A DNA stretch of 63,490 bases, filler included, from Candidatus Huberarchaeum crystalense (lineage in GTDB: Archaea; Huberarchaeota; Huberarchaeia; Huberarchaeales; Huberarchaeaceae): NCBI GenBank assembly GCA_002790315.1. It is 5 parts of 5 records of this genome, joined end to end, with 100 filler letters (N's around TTAATTAATTAA, not from the genome) between each part and the next. Parts side by side here need not be neighbours in the genome. Positions count along the whole stretch, not along the records: positions 24,462 to 42,615 come from PFUW01000021.1; positions 42,716 to 58,895 come from PFUW01000035.1; 3 more parts are not named here. One strand, 5' to 3'. The stretch's first letter is position 1, and each line of letters begins with the position of its first letter. Position numbers and translations under genes: made by a program. Positions 39,626 to 50,520 of the stretch are shown here, in pieces. Under the pieces are notes generated by a model. That model saw only the letters and a program-made list of their open reading frames with translations, was not told the origin of the DNA and did not search any database.

Positions 39626-40804
39626 ATGGGTATAGTAATAACTGGTTTATTTGGAAATGTAGATCACGGAAAAACAACACTCCTTCAAGCACTTTCAGGC
39701 AAATGGGCAGACACGCATTCAGAAGAAGTTGCGCGCGGAATCACTATTAAAATAGGTTATGCTTCTGCTGATTATTTTGTTAATAATACAAAAAAAGATT
39801 TTAGTTTATCTCTCAAAAAGGGGTTTAAAAAAGCATTTACGCTTTCTTTTGTTGATACACCCGGTCACGAAAGTTTGATTATACATGCACTTGAAGGAGC
39901 AGCAGTAATTGATGTTGCTATTTTAGTGATTGCAGCTTCTGACACAGAACTTTTTGAAAAATGTAAAAAATACTTAGCAGCTATTATTGCAAACAACGTT
40001 CCTTATCTGATAGTTGTGCAAAACAAAATAGATCTTGTTGATAAAAATAAAGCAATGCAAAATTATAAAAAGATAAACCAGTTACTTGAAAATACAAACT
40101 ACAAAAACAGCCCTATCATTCCATCATCAGCGCAACAGGGAATAAACATAAACTTTATTTTAGAATCGCTTTTTGAAATTTCAAAAAAACAAAACATAAT
40201 TGCTTCTCAAGAAAAAAATAAAAATTTCAAATTAGATATAATTCACAGTTTTGATGTAAACAGGCCAGGAACTAAACTCAAAGACATCAAAGGGGGTGTT
40301 CTTGGTGGTGTTATAAGATCAGGAAATATTTCTACAAATAAAACTATTTTTATTTCACCTATTGATGAAAAAAGCATTTCAACAAAAGTTATTGGTGTTT
40401 TTCAAGGAAATCAAGTTGAAAATGCTTTTGTTGGTGGGGGGTTAGCTAGCATAGAAACAGAACTTGATCCATCTTTAACCAAGGCAGACCAAATATCAAA
40501 TACGCGCGCTTCTTCTTATGAAATTCCTTTAAAAAATACAATAGATATCTCTAATTTTTTTTCACTTGTTGATTTTTTACCAAAAGAAATACAAACAGAA
40601 TCAGATCTAAAAATAAATGAAGTGGTCTTAGTTAATATCTCTACAATGAAAGTTACAGGAACAATAACAAACCTTGATAAAAATAAAAAAAATTTAAAAA
40701 TTGTTTTGGGATCCAAATTTCCTGTTGAAAAAGGAGATAAGGTAATTATTTCAAAAAGAGCAAATGATCAATGGTTTTTAATAGGGTTTGGAGATTGTGA
40801 GTAA
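39626..40804 (+). CDS. eif2g: Translation initiation factor aIF-2 gamma subunit (divergent)
   Basis: GNVDHGKTT..ALSG.W.D.HSEE..RGITIKIGYA, DTPGHE, QNKID, SFDVNRPG, GGVLGG, LDPSLTKAD, W.LIG.G. Confidence 0.93.
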   Translation: MGIVITGLFGNVDHGKTTLLQALSGKWADTHSEEVARGITIKIGYASADYFVNNTKKDFSLSLKKGFKKAFTLSFVDTPGHESLIIHALEGAAVIDVAILVIAASDTELFEKCKKYLAAIIANNVPYLIVVQNKIDLVDKNKAMQNYKKINQLLENTNYKNSPIIPSSAQQGININFILESLFEISKKQNIIASQEKNKNFKLDIIHSFDVNRPGTKLKDIKGGVLGGVIRSGNISTNKTIFISPIDEKSISTKVIGVFQGNQVENAFVGGGLASIETELDPSLTKADQISNTRASSYEIPLKNTIDISNFFSLVDFLPKEIQTESDLKINEVVLVNISTMKVTGTITNLDKNKKNLKIVLGSKFPVEKGDKVIISKRANDQWFLIGFGDCE

Positions 40805-40939
40805 AAAAAAAAGAACAAACCAACAATCTTGATACTTAAATATTGCTAAACAAATCTTATATTTGAATATTGTTATATAACTCTGTATTTAAATATTGCT
40901 AAACAAATCTTNNNNNNNNNNNTTCTGCCTAAAAAAAAT

Positions 40940-42439
40940 ATGCAACAAACAATAAATATTAGTGAAAACACATCTCTTAACCTAAAACATGAAGAAAGAC
41001 CAAAAGAATTGTTAAAACTTAATTCTGCTCTGCTGATCAAAGTAGAGCGCGCAGACACAAATTTTGGCAGATATTTTGTTATTTACTTGCGGCACAAGAA
41101 CAAGAAATACGCTTTTTCTATCAAGAAAGATTATTATTCTCACAACGAGTTTTTATTAAAAGAAAAATTGAGGTTATTTGATTATGTTGATGTAGAATAT
41201 TATGATGAAGATGAGTGTGATGGGGGCATTCCTATTTTCAAAACCAAAGAAAAGATTTTTTTACTCAAATTAATAAAAACAGCAGAAACAAAAGGTGATG
41301 AAAAAATAGTGGTTGCTGCTTTTGATTTAGAAACAGATGTTAATGAAGAAAGCGAGGAGTTTGTGTTTGATATAAAAAACCAAATATTATGCATTTCATA
41401 TTGCGATTCTAACAAAACATCAAAAGTTTTGTATTGGGCTCCAGAAAAATTAGAAGAAAAATATGATGAAAATAGTTTTGAATATTATAATACAGAGAGA
41501 GAGTTGATCTTGGGCTTTTTAAAATTAGTTGGAGAAAAAATGCCAGATATACTTGTATCTCACAACGGGTATAATTTTGATGTAATTTTTTTATGGGCGC
41601 GCGCAATGTTTCTTGAAGTTCCACTTCTTTTCGGTCCATCAGACAAGGGATTGTATTGGAGAGAAGGATATCCTCAAAAAAAGATAACTTCTGATGAGCA
41701 GAGTTTGAGAATTTTGAAACAAATCACAGACAAAAAAACAAACAATATAAAATCCCCCATAATAGAATATAACTACAAAGCGGGCATCATTTCTTATGAA
41801 GATATTGCATTTATTTTTAAAGAGTTTGTGGACAGAGGAAACATAATATACAATATAAAAAGTTATTATTTGCTTGATACGCTTTTGATTGCACGCCGCG
41901 AATTATATTATTTACTTGAAACATTTGAAATCCAAAACTTTAAGCTTGATACTTTGAGCAAATATTTTTTTAAAGAAGGAAAAGATGGTGTTGAAGGAAG
42001 CAAAATAGGTGTTTATTGGAGAAAGGGAGGGGAAAAATTGCGCGAACTTTTGCTTTATAATTTGCAAGATTCTGCTCTTAATTTAAAAATAGCACAATTG
42101 CATCTTTTTGTTCCATATTATTGTGCACTTTCCCAAAAAATCAATGATTATCCTGAAAGTATTTCTTTTTATAATGCGCGCGCAAACACATCACTTTACA
42201 AATCTTTAATTAGAAATAAGGCAATTGAGACAAATATTAGAATTCCGGGTAATTCTAAAGAAAAAGCTCAATTTGCGCAGAGTGCAAACGAGCCCAATAA
42301 TGATAAAATAATGAGTAGAAAGGATTTTTTTAATGAAGCAATAGGAGACGCAGACATTAAATTAAAAATTGAGGAAATAAAAACTTTAAGAAAAGAGTTT
42401 GCAGATCAAATGCTAAAAATAGGAAAATATATTTGTTAA
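40940..42439 (+). CDS. Family B DNA polymerase N-terminal/3'-5' exonuclease module without a polymerase domain
   Basis: ExoI AFDLET, ExoII HNGYNFD, FKLDTLS, ExoIII YNLQDS; no DxxSLYPS, KxxxNSxYG or YxDTDS. Confidence 0.75.
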   Translation: MQQTINISENTSLNLKHEERPKELLKLNSALLIKVERADTNFGRYFVIYLRHKNKKYAFSIKKDYYSHNEFLLKEKLRLFDYVDVEYYDEDECDGGIPIFKTKEKIFLLKLIKTAETKGDEKIVVAAFDLETDVNEESEEFVFDIKNQILCISYCDSNKTSKVLYWAPEKLEEKYDENSFEYYNTERELILGFLKLVGEKMPDILVSHNGYNFDVIFLWARAMFLEVPLLFGPSDKGLYWREGYPQKKITSDEQSLRILKQITDKKTNNIKSPIIEYNYKAGIISYEDIAFIFKEFVDRGNIIYNIKSYYLLDTLLIARRELYYLLETFEIQNFKLDTLSKYFFKEGKDGVEGSKIGVYWRKGGEKLRELLLYNLQDSALNLKIAQLHLFVPYYCALSQKINDYPESISFYNARANTSLYKSLIRNKAIETNIRIPGNSKEKAQFAQSANEPNNDKIMSRKDFFNEAIGDADIKLKIEEIKTLRKEFADQMLKIGKYIC

Positions 42440-42715
42440 ACAGGTTTGAGAAATATAATTTGACACCCCAACATTTTGATAAACAACACAGCAAATTCAA
42501 ATAAAAACAAATATAAATTATATAACTTCACATCCCTCTAAAATTTTTTCCGCGTCTTCTTCTATATTAAATTTGTTAAATATTGTCCATCTGTCCCTGA
42601 CTTTTGGTGCAAATTNNNNNNNNNNNNNNNNNNNNNNNNNNNNNNNNNNNNNNNNNNNNTTAATTAATTAANNNNNNNNNNNNNNNNNNNNNNNNNNNNN
42701 NNNNNNNNNNNNNNN

Positions 42716-43282
42716 ACCAATAATTAGGAAAAAACTTTGAAATATCTTTTTTTAGGGTTATACTACAATCTTCACCAGGAGACATCATAGCAACCTCATC
42801 AAATTCATCTGTTCCCATTTTATATTTACATGTATCATCTACTATAATAAATGGACTCTCCTCAAACCAAGCAGGATTTATTCCTATACGCTCAAATACC
42901 CAATACAACCTATACCCAAATAATGGATTGTTTGCAGTATTCTTTAATTTATTTTTAAAATACAAAGTGCTTGTATCTTTTAAAGATATGTTAGTAATAT
43001 CATAATTAACACCAGAAACAGATATACAATTTTTAACGCAAGTATATGTCCATTGCCCATTATTACAATTTTGAACAACTTCTGCAAGTATATTATTACA
43101 ATCTTTATCTGTACACATTTGAAAACTTGAAAATTCTCCACCATTATCACCACAAGCAGCACTAACTGGCGATACGCTAAATAACAAAAAAATACACATA
43201 ACAGCCAGAGCAAGTTCAAAATATATGGATTTGCTTTTTAATAGAATATTTGTTTTATTTATTTTGTTTTGCTTAGACACCA
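42716..43282 (-). CDS. Secreted Cys-rich protein, 3' part lost at the linker
   Basis: Hydrophobic signal ending VSA-A, at least 8 Cys; duplicated start (MSKQNK/MVSKQNK), start uncertain. Confidence 0.6.
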
Positions 43283-43604
43283 TATTATATTTAATATTTA
43301 ATACACTTTTGTTTTGCTTAGACAAGATATTACATTAATCTTTAATACACATTTTAGTATTTTTGTTTATTTTATTCTACTTAGATACTACATTATATTT
43401 AATACATATCTTAGTATAAAACAATTGACAAAAAGTGTTGGCTTTGTAAAAATCCTTTGAAAAAATATAATTTATTTGATATAATTATTATGATTTTTAG
43501 TTTGAAAGTGTTGTTTCTAACAACACAATTTATTATTTTAGCAATAACTTACTTAGCAAAAAAATATTTATTTAAAACCACTATTAACACCTAATCTTCA
43601 ATTT

Positions 43605-44840
43605 TTAAGCATTACACCCACCACTAGCAGTCGCGCCCGTATCACCTAATTTTTGCTTACATTCTTCTGGCGGATTATTAAATCCAGCGCAAATAAATGT
43701 TTTAAGTTTTTCAGGAGATCTCCAATCACCTTCTGTTGTTTGGCCATTTATAACTAATGTAGGTGACCCTCTCACTCCATAAATAGCACACTCTTCATTG
43801 TTGAGTGGATATTTAGGATATGTTCCTCCAGCATTCCATGCAACAGTTATGTTATATTTATCGTTTGTTTCATTTATACATGAATTTAGTTTTGTTGAAT
43901 CAAGTCCAATGTTTTTTACACATTTTGCACTATTTCTTTCTTTTGTAAAGCAATCAATAAAAGCCCATGTTTTAGCTGTCTCTAGATTTTGAATACAATA
44001 AATAAGTGTATTATCATCTTTTTCTATTTCTCCGTGCATTAAATAATTAACAAATTTTATTTTTGCATCAATTTTATCTCCAAATAATTGCGCTATAGGA
44101 CTTAATGTTTGCATACCTACAAAGCCATAAGGGCAATGACTCATAACAAACATTTCTACTTTTGGTTTATCTGCTTTTGGAACAGAATCATATATTTTTT
44201 GTTGTGCTATTGCTTGAATCTCGGCAATTTTGTCAGAAGCTGTTTTGTTGTATTTGCAAGCATTTGCATCACCATCTATACAACTTTTAATAATCACATA
44301 ACACGCTAAGCTATTTTTATCATTTTTATCAATACACCTATAACTTAAATATGTTAAAACATTTTCTTTTTTTGTATCAAAATAATAGTGCGCAAAAACA
44401 TCTGTTGTATCTCTTGCTATTATAATATTTTTTTGTTTGTCTTTATATATATATAATGGTTGTTGAATAATAGTAGCAAGATACTCAGAAACAGGCATAC
44501 CTAAATTAGTTTTTAATTCTTGCTTTGCTGTATCTGTCAGTTTTGTGGCATTTGAAGTATACCAATATTCAACAGAAGGCAAATTATTATCAGGTCCTTG
44601 TAAAGACATAGATTCTTTGCCTCCCATAAATCCTATTACAGATCCAATAAGAACAAACAACAAAATAGTCAAAACAGGAAATTTTTTAGCTGCTGCTATA
44701 AATCCTAATAAAATATTATGAAATTTATCTGCAGCACTACTAGACAACGAATGTAATTCTTTTTGCTCTTCTGTTCTTTCTTTTTTTTCTTCTATCGTAA
44801 AGTTATCTTGTTTTTCTGCGCGCTTTTTTGCTTTAGCCAT
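43605..44840 (-). CDS. Membrane-anchored thioredoxin-fold (DsbA/GILT-like) protein
   Basis: One N-terminal TM; FVMSHCPYG, MHG..E, YGVRGSPTLVING, IC.GF...PEEC, SGGC. Confidence 0.75.
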   Translation of the reverse strand: MAKAKKRAEKQDNFTIEEKKERTEEQKELHSLSSSAADKFHNILLGFIAAAKKFPVLTILLFVLIGSVIGFMGGKESMSLQGPDNNLPSVEYWYTSNATKLTDTAKQELKTNLGMPVSEYLATIIQQPLYIYKDKQKNIIIARDTTDVFAHYYFDTKKENVLTYLSYRCIDKNDKNSLACYVIIKSCIDGDANACKYNKTASDKIAEIQAIAQQKIYDSVPKADKPKVEMFVMSHCPYGFVGMQTLSPIAQLFGDKIDAKIKFVNYLMHGEIEKDDNTLIYCIQNLETAKTWAFIDCFTKERNSAKCVKNIGLDSTKLNSCINETNDKYNITVAWNAGGTYPKYPLNNEECAIYGVRGSPTLVINGQTTEGDWRSPEKLKTFICAGFNNPPEECKQKLGDTGATASGGCNA

Positions 44841-44948
44841 AATATTATTTAATCTATTATTTAAAAACCAGCTGTTTTAATTATAAATAGCAACAATACT
44901 CTATTTTTCTAAATCTATAATTTATCTTTCAACTTGTATAAAAAGAAT

Positions 44949-45650
44949 ATGACATTTAATATAGGCGAATTTGTATTAGTTGAATATTCTTTGCGAACAG
45001 CTGGCGACAGCAAAATAATAGATACAACAAACATTGAAATTGCAAAACAGCAAGACATATTCAACAAAAACAGAGAATATGTGCCTGCTCTGTTTATACT
45101 AGGAGAAGACACACCTTTAAAAAATTTTATAAGTGCTTTGCAAAAAGCAGAAATAGATAAGCAAATTGTTGTGAACATTGCTGCAAGTGATGCTTTTGGA
45201 ATATATGATGCAAAAAAAATCCAGATTGTGTCATCAAGTGAGTTTAAGAATCAAAAAATAACTCCTGTTGTTGGGCAAATTATAAACTTTGAAAATGACT
45301 TACAAGCAAAGATAAAGGCAATAAGCGGGGGGCGTATAACTTTAGATTTCAATCACCCTCTTGCTGGAAAAGACCTTGTTATTGAAGGAAAAGTTGTAGA
45401 AAAAATTGAAGATGATACAAAAAAAATAAAAGCATTAACAAAAAAATATTTGTTTGATGATATTTTAAAAGTAGATGTTGGGACAAACTCAATCACTATT
45501 GAACTTTCAAACAAAGACATACCATACAATCACAAAGCACTTTTCGCAGAAATTTTAAAAAAATATTTCAAGCAAAGTAAAGTAATTTTCACAGATGTTT
45601 TTGATAAAGTTGTTGAAGAAAAAACAGAAGATAACAAAACGCAAACATAA
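44949..45650 (+). CDS. Long-type FKBP peptidyl-prolyl isomerase (SlyD-like)
   Basis: VEY, IDTT, DAFG.YD, GGRITLDFNHPLAGKDL. Confidence 0.93.
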   Translation: MTFNIGEFVLVEYSLRTAGDSKIIDTTNIEIAKQQDIFNKNREYVPALFILGEDTPLKNFISALQKAEIDKQIVVNIAASDAFGIYDAKKIQIVSSSEFKNQKITPVVGQIINFENDLQAKIKAISGGRITLDFNHPLAGKDLVIEGKVVEKIEDDTKKIKALTKKYLFDDILKVDVGTNSITIELSNKDIPYNHKALFAEILKKYFKQSKVIFTDVFDKVVEEKTEDNKTQT

Positions 45651-45759
45651 AAAATTCTTTGATAACAAAACGCAAACATAAAAAAAGGTTTTTACACAAA
45701 TTATTTTTGCCTTAAAAACACAATAACACAAATTAGGTTTATCTCAAANNNNNNNNNNN

Positions 45760-47423
45760 ACCACGGAAAAACAAGCTTGCTTGACAAAATTCGATCTTCA
45801 ACAGTAACAAGCAGAGAGGGCGGAGGAATAACACAGTATATTGGCGCGACAAACATTCCAATATCTCAAATTTTGCAGCAAACAACAGACATACAAGAAA
45901 AATTTAAAATAGCAGATTTTAAAATTCCTGGTTTGCTTTTTATTGACACCCCTGGTCACGAAGCATTTATTAGTTTGCGTTGTAAAGGTTCAAGTGTTGC
46001 AGATCTCGCAATCTTAGTGGTTGATATTAACAAGGGCTTTGAGCAGCAAACAATTGAGTCAATTGAATTTTTAAAAAAATTCAAGGTTCCATTTATAGTT
46101 GCTGCTAATAAAGTGGATTTTTTGTATAGATGGCAATCATCAAAAGGCCTTTCAATTACTGATTCTCTTAAAAATCAAAGCCAAGAAACACTTGAAGAAA
46201 TAGATACCAAAACATATTCATTAGTTGGCGCACTTTCTGAACATAAATTTGAAAGCGAAAGGTTTGACCGCGTGACAAATTTCAAGCAACAGATTGCAAT
46301 TATACCTTGCTCTGCAAAAACAGGAGACGGTGTTGCTGAAATCCTTCTTTTTTTGCTTGGAATAGGTTCAAACTATTTAAAAACAAAACTTGAAATAGAC
46401 TATAACAAAAGCAAAGGAATTATAATGGAAATAAAAAAAGAAGAAAATGAATGGGTATGCAATGCAATTTTATATAATGGTATCATAAAAAAAGGAGATA
46501 TAATCTTAACTTTTGGCAATAAAGGAATAATTGAAACAAAAGTGCGCGCACTCTTTATTCCACGCGAAGCCTCTGAAATTCGCGAAGAAAGTTTGTTTAA
46601 GCCAGTTGAAAAAGTAATAGCTAGTTGTGCAATAAAATTATTTGCACAAGACGTCAAAGAAATGATAGCAGGCAGCCCACTTGTAGTCGCAAATGAAAAC
46701 CTTGAAGAAAAAAAGCGCGACCTGCAGCAAACTTTTAAACAAGAAAAAATATGTGGTTGTGAAAAAGGGATAGTTGTAAAAGTTGATACTTTTGGAGCAG
46801 CAGAAGCAATGGATATTCTTTTAAAAAAAGAGAACATACCTTTTCAATATATACTTGTCGGTGAAGTAAATAAAGAAGATGTTTCTTGTGTCAGTGACTC
46901 AAAAGAAGATGAATTTGCCGCAATACTCGCATTTAATGTTCCTGTAAATATTAATAGCAATGTAAAAATTTTCAAAAGCAATGTTATTTTTCATTTAATT
47001 GATGAATATAAAAAATGGGTTAAAGATGTTTGTGAAGAGAAAAAGAGAAAAATATTAAACTCTTTGCCGCAATTAGTGAAAATAAAAGTGTTGCCTAACA
47101 GCATATTTAGAAAAAAAGAACCTGCGATTATTGGTGTTGAAGTGCTTGCAGGTGTTTTAAAGCGAGGAATTAGTTTAGGAAAGGGCGGCAAACGAATCGG
47201 AGAAATAAAAGGAATGCAAGCAAACAAAGTTGATATTGATGAAGCAAAAACAGGTGAAAAAGTAGCAATGTCAATAAATGCGCGCGCAGACAAGGACTTT
47301 TCAGAAGGAGACAATCTCACCACAACACTGACAAAAGAGCAAACAATAACTTACTTAAATCATAAGGACTGGTTGCGCGAAGATGAAAAAGATATTTTAA
47401 TGGAAATTCTTAATAATAAATAG
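45760..47423 (+). CDS. infB: Translation initiation factor aIF5B (IF-2), 5' end in the gap
   Basis: (D)HGKTSLLD, EGGGITQ.IGA, FIDTPGHEAF, AANK.D, IFR...PAIIGVEV..G. Confidence 0.96.
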
Positions 47424-47530
47424 ATTTTGATGATAAAAATTCTTAATATTAAATAGGTTCTGAAAGTGCGGTTTGATAAATTAGAGAATATAAATATAAA
47501 TGAGATTTGATAAATTAAAAGACTCAAAGA

Positions 47531-49702
47531 TTATGCGTGAATTGGCGGCAATCCTTTTTTTACTCTAACTTTTGCAATAACTTTTTGCGACAAATCTTGC
47601 CTTAATTTGCTGTAATATGTGTCGCGCAAATTGAAAAATCCATGTCCGCTTGTTGTTGATTTTAATACAGCTTCAAAACCAAATGACTCGCTAATAGGCA
47701 AATCAGCATAAATAATCGCTTGCTCCCCAACAACATCTATATTTTCAATTGTTCCGCGCAAACCATTAAGCAACTTAGTTATATCTCCAACATATGTTTC
47801 TCTTGTGTCAATTCTGATCTTCATAATTGGCTCGTAAATGCAAGGTTTTGCATCCATAATCGCTCCACCTATTCCTTCTTTAACAGCAGGATAAACTTGT
47901 GCTGGTCCACGATGTATCGCATCTTCGTGAAGTTTTACATCAACTATTTGAACCTCAACCCCCATCATTTTATCTCCTAATTGAGGTCCATTATTTACAG
48001 TCATTACAAAACCTTGTTTTATTAACTCAATAATTTCTTCCATTTGCACAATTCCACGCGTTAAATCAAAAAGTATACATTCATTATGAATGTAGCGCGC
48101 TCTTTTTGAGGTGTCTGAATCATAACCAAGAGTGTGCAGTTTTTCAAAAATAAAGACATCTTTTTTTCTTATGTTGCCAGGGGGAATATCTTTTTTGACA
48201 AGTGTTTGATAAACAGCGTCAGGCAAAGGTCTTACTGAAAAGAACAAATCATTATGCTTGTTTGGTGTTCTTGCTTGAAAGGGTTGTCTGCTACTGCTTT
48301 CAACTGACTCGCGATATACAACCAATGGCTCGCTTGTTTTAACTTCTATTCCTCTTTCTTTTATTCGGGTTTGCAAAATATCTAAATGAAGCTCTCCAAG
48401 ACCATAAACCAAATGCTGACCTGTTTCGCGATTTAATTCTACTTTATAAGTCGGGTCGTCTCGCACTTCTTGTGCAATTGCCTCAATTAAATTAGGTAAT
48501 TCTTGCGGATTTTTTGCTTCAAATGCTTTAACAACAACTGGCTCAAAAAGATATGTGATGTTTTCAAATTCCTCTATTGGCTCTAAAGAAATTGTTTCAC
48601 CAACTAAAATATCCTTAAGTCCTGATAAAGAGAATACACTACCTGCGCGCACTTCATCAACACTGACGCGTTTATCAATAAACTGCACTGCTATTTGTTG
48701 AATTTTTGCCTTTTGCTTTTGTTTGTTAAGATATACTTCCATGCCTTCTTTAAGTGTTCCTGAGAAAACGCGTCCATATGCAAAATTTCCATATTTTGTT
48801 GAAGAAACCGAAGTAATAGCTGCCATTAAAGGACCCGAAGAATCAGCAGTAAGCATTGCTTGACCCCAGGTAGAAGCTAAATCCCCTCTTTTCCAAATCA
48901 AAGGGATTCTTATTTTTTGCGCATCTTTTGGAAAAGGCAAATTTTCAACAACAGAATCAAAAACAACAACAGCCAAAGGCATTTTTTTGCTTAACTCCTC
49001 TTGTTTGCCTTGCTGCACTAAATCAATAATTTGCTTAAAACTAATTCCTGTTTTTTTCATCCATTTCATTGATATTCCCCACTTTTGCTTTGCTGAACCA
49101 AACATAACTGTGTTATTTTGTAAACTTACGCGCCAATCAACATTGCTTGGTTGATATGCTGCTATAAAATTGTTAACACCATTTATGATTCCAATAAATC
49201 TTTCTTGCATTTGCTCAGATGTAATTTTAAGTTCATTGATTAGGCGATCCACTTTATTAATATATAAAATTGGCTTAACACCAACAGAAAGAGCGGTTTT
49301 TAAGACAGTTTCGGTTTGGGGCATAATTCCATCAACAGCATCAACTAATACTATTGCACCATCAATTGCGCGCATAGATCTTGTCACTGCACCACCAAAG
49401 TCAACATGACCGGGGGTGTCAATCAAATTAACAAGATAATCTTTACCCTCACTATTTAAAACCATTGTAATCGCAGAAGCCAAAATCGTAATCCCTCGTT
49501 GCTGCTCAACATCCCAAGCAGACATTGCACATTGTTCGCCTGCATATTTGTCAGAAATCACTTTTCCTGCTGATAATAATGAGTCGCTGAATGTTGTTTT
49601 TCCGTGGTCAATGTGCGCTATTGTAGCAATGTTGCGAACGGTTGTGATGTCTTTAGATAAGTTCGCTACTGCATATTTAACAACTTCTTCAAGATTTGCC
49701 AT
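47531..49702 (-). CDS. fusA: Elongation factor EF-2
   Basis: AHIDHGKTT, RGITI, DTPGHVDF, INKVDR, GLGELHL, PNKHN, HEDAIHRGPAQ (diphthamide His). Confidence 0.97.
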   Translation of the reverse strand: MANLEEVVKYAVANLSKDITTVRNIATIAHIDHGKTTFSDSLLSAGKVISDKYAGEQCAMSAWDVEQQRGITILASAITMVLNSEGKDYLVNLIDTPGHVDFGGAVTRSMRAIDGAIVLVDAVDGIMPQTETVLKTALSVGVKPILYINKVDRLINELKITSEQMQERFIGIINGVNNFIAAYQPSNVDWRVSLQNNTVMFGSAKQKWGISMKWMKKTGISFKQIIDLVQQGKQEELSKKMPLAVVVFDSVVENLPFPKDAQKIRIPLIWKRGDLASTWGQAMLTADSSGPLMAAITSVSSTKYGNFAYGRVFSGTLKEGMEVYLNKQKQKAKIQQIAVQFIDKRVSVDEVRAGSVFSLSGLKDILVGETISLEPIEEFENITYLFEPVVVKAFEAKNPQELPNLIEAIAQEVRDDPTYKVELNRETGQHLVYGLGELHLDILQTRIKERGIEVKTSEPLVVYRESVESSSRQPFQARTPNKHNDLFFSVRPLPDAVYQTLVKKDIPPGNIRKKDVFIFEKLHTLGYDSDTSKRARYIHNECILFDLTRGIVQMEEIIELIKQGFVMTVNNGPQLGDKMMGVEVQIVDVKLHEDAIHRGPAQVYPAVKEGIGGAIMDAKPCIYEPIMKIRIDTRETYVGDITKLLNGLRGTIENIDVVGEQAIIYADLPISESFGFEAVLKSTTSGHGFFNLRDTYYSKLRQDLSQKVIAKVRVKKGLPPIHA

Positions 49703-49840
49703 AACTTTATTTATAATTTTTGGTAATAATCAGTATGTTTTTGGTTAGAGTATTAGAGTGTTGGGTTTGCTTCTTTCATCAAGCCCAATAAATTCTTGCA
49801 CAAAGTTGTTTTTCCAACACCACACACACACCATCAATTA

Positions 49841-50488
49841 TTATATAGACCATTCAATTTTGATTTCGCGCTTTGTCGCTTCATTCTCGTTCGCTTTTTT
49901 GATAAAATATCCGCAAATAAGACCTGCGAGAAAACCGCCGATGTGCGCGCTATTGGCAATTGGAAGAAAGAATGATAAAAAATAAATTAAAATCAAATTA
50001 AAGAGCATCGCAACCCACAAAGGCATTGGAAAAGGAAATGGAAATACAACAACAGGAACATTTGGTCGCAAAATCATCAAAGCTCCAGATATTCCAAAAA
50101 TCGCGCCAGAAGCACCCAGCGCAAAAATAATTTCATTGCTCATTGCAGTCTCAAGCAAAAAAGCAAGCCCTCCAACAAACCCTGTAATAAAAAAAACACT
50201 TAAAAACTTGCGCGTGCCTATAATGCTCTCAAGAAAAGTTCCCATGAACAACAGCGCCAACATATTAAACATAATATGAGCAAAATTTGCATGAGAAAAT
50301 ATTGAAGTAAGGAGTGTATAAATTGCATTAGGATTACTCTGAATGTATTGCCAACTTCCAAGAGCAAAATGTTGATTTAAATAAAGCCCAAATAAAGAAA
50401 AAAACAATGAACTAACAAAAACAATAACACACACCACAGTCAAAAATATCGTTCCAATTGGAAAATGTGTGCGTCTGAAAAAAAGCAT
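49841..50488 (-). CDS. Rhomboid intramembrane serine protease
   Basis: TSIFSHAN..HI.FNM, GASGA, AHIGG..G. Confidence 0.95.
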   Translation of the reverse strand: MLFFRRTHFPIGTIFLTVVCVIVFVSSLFFSLFGLYLNQHFALGSWQYIQSNPNAIYTLLTSIFSHANFAHIMFNMLALLFMGTFLESIIGTRKFLSVFFITGFVGGLAFLLETAMSNEIIFALGASGAIFGISGALMILRPNVPVVVFPFPFPMPLWVAMLFNLILIYFLSFFLPIANSAHIGGFLAGLICGYFIKKANENEATKREIKIEWSI

Positions 50489-50520
50489 AAACTTTTTATA
50501 AACTTAGTAAAGTTTAAGAA

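Noticed and set aside
47531-49702. Possible loss of the diphthamide site in EF-2
   Set aside because: HEDAIHRG is intact.
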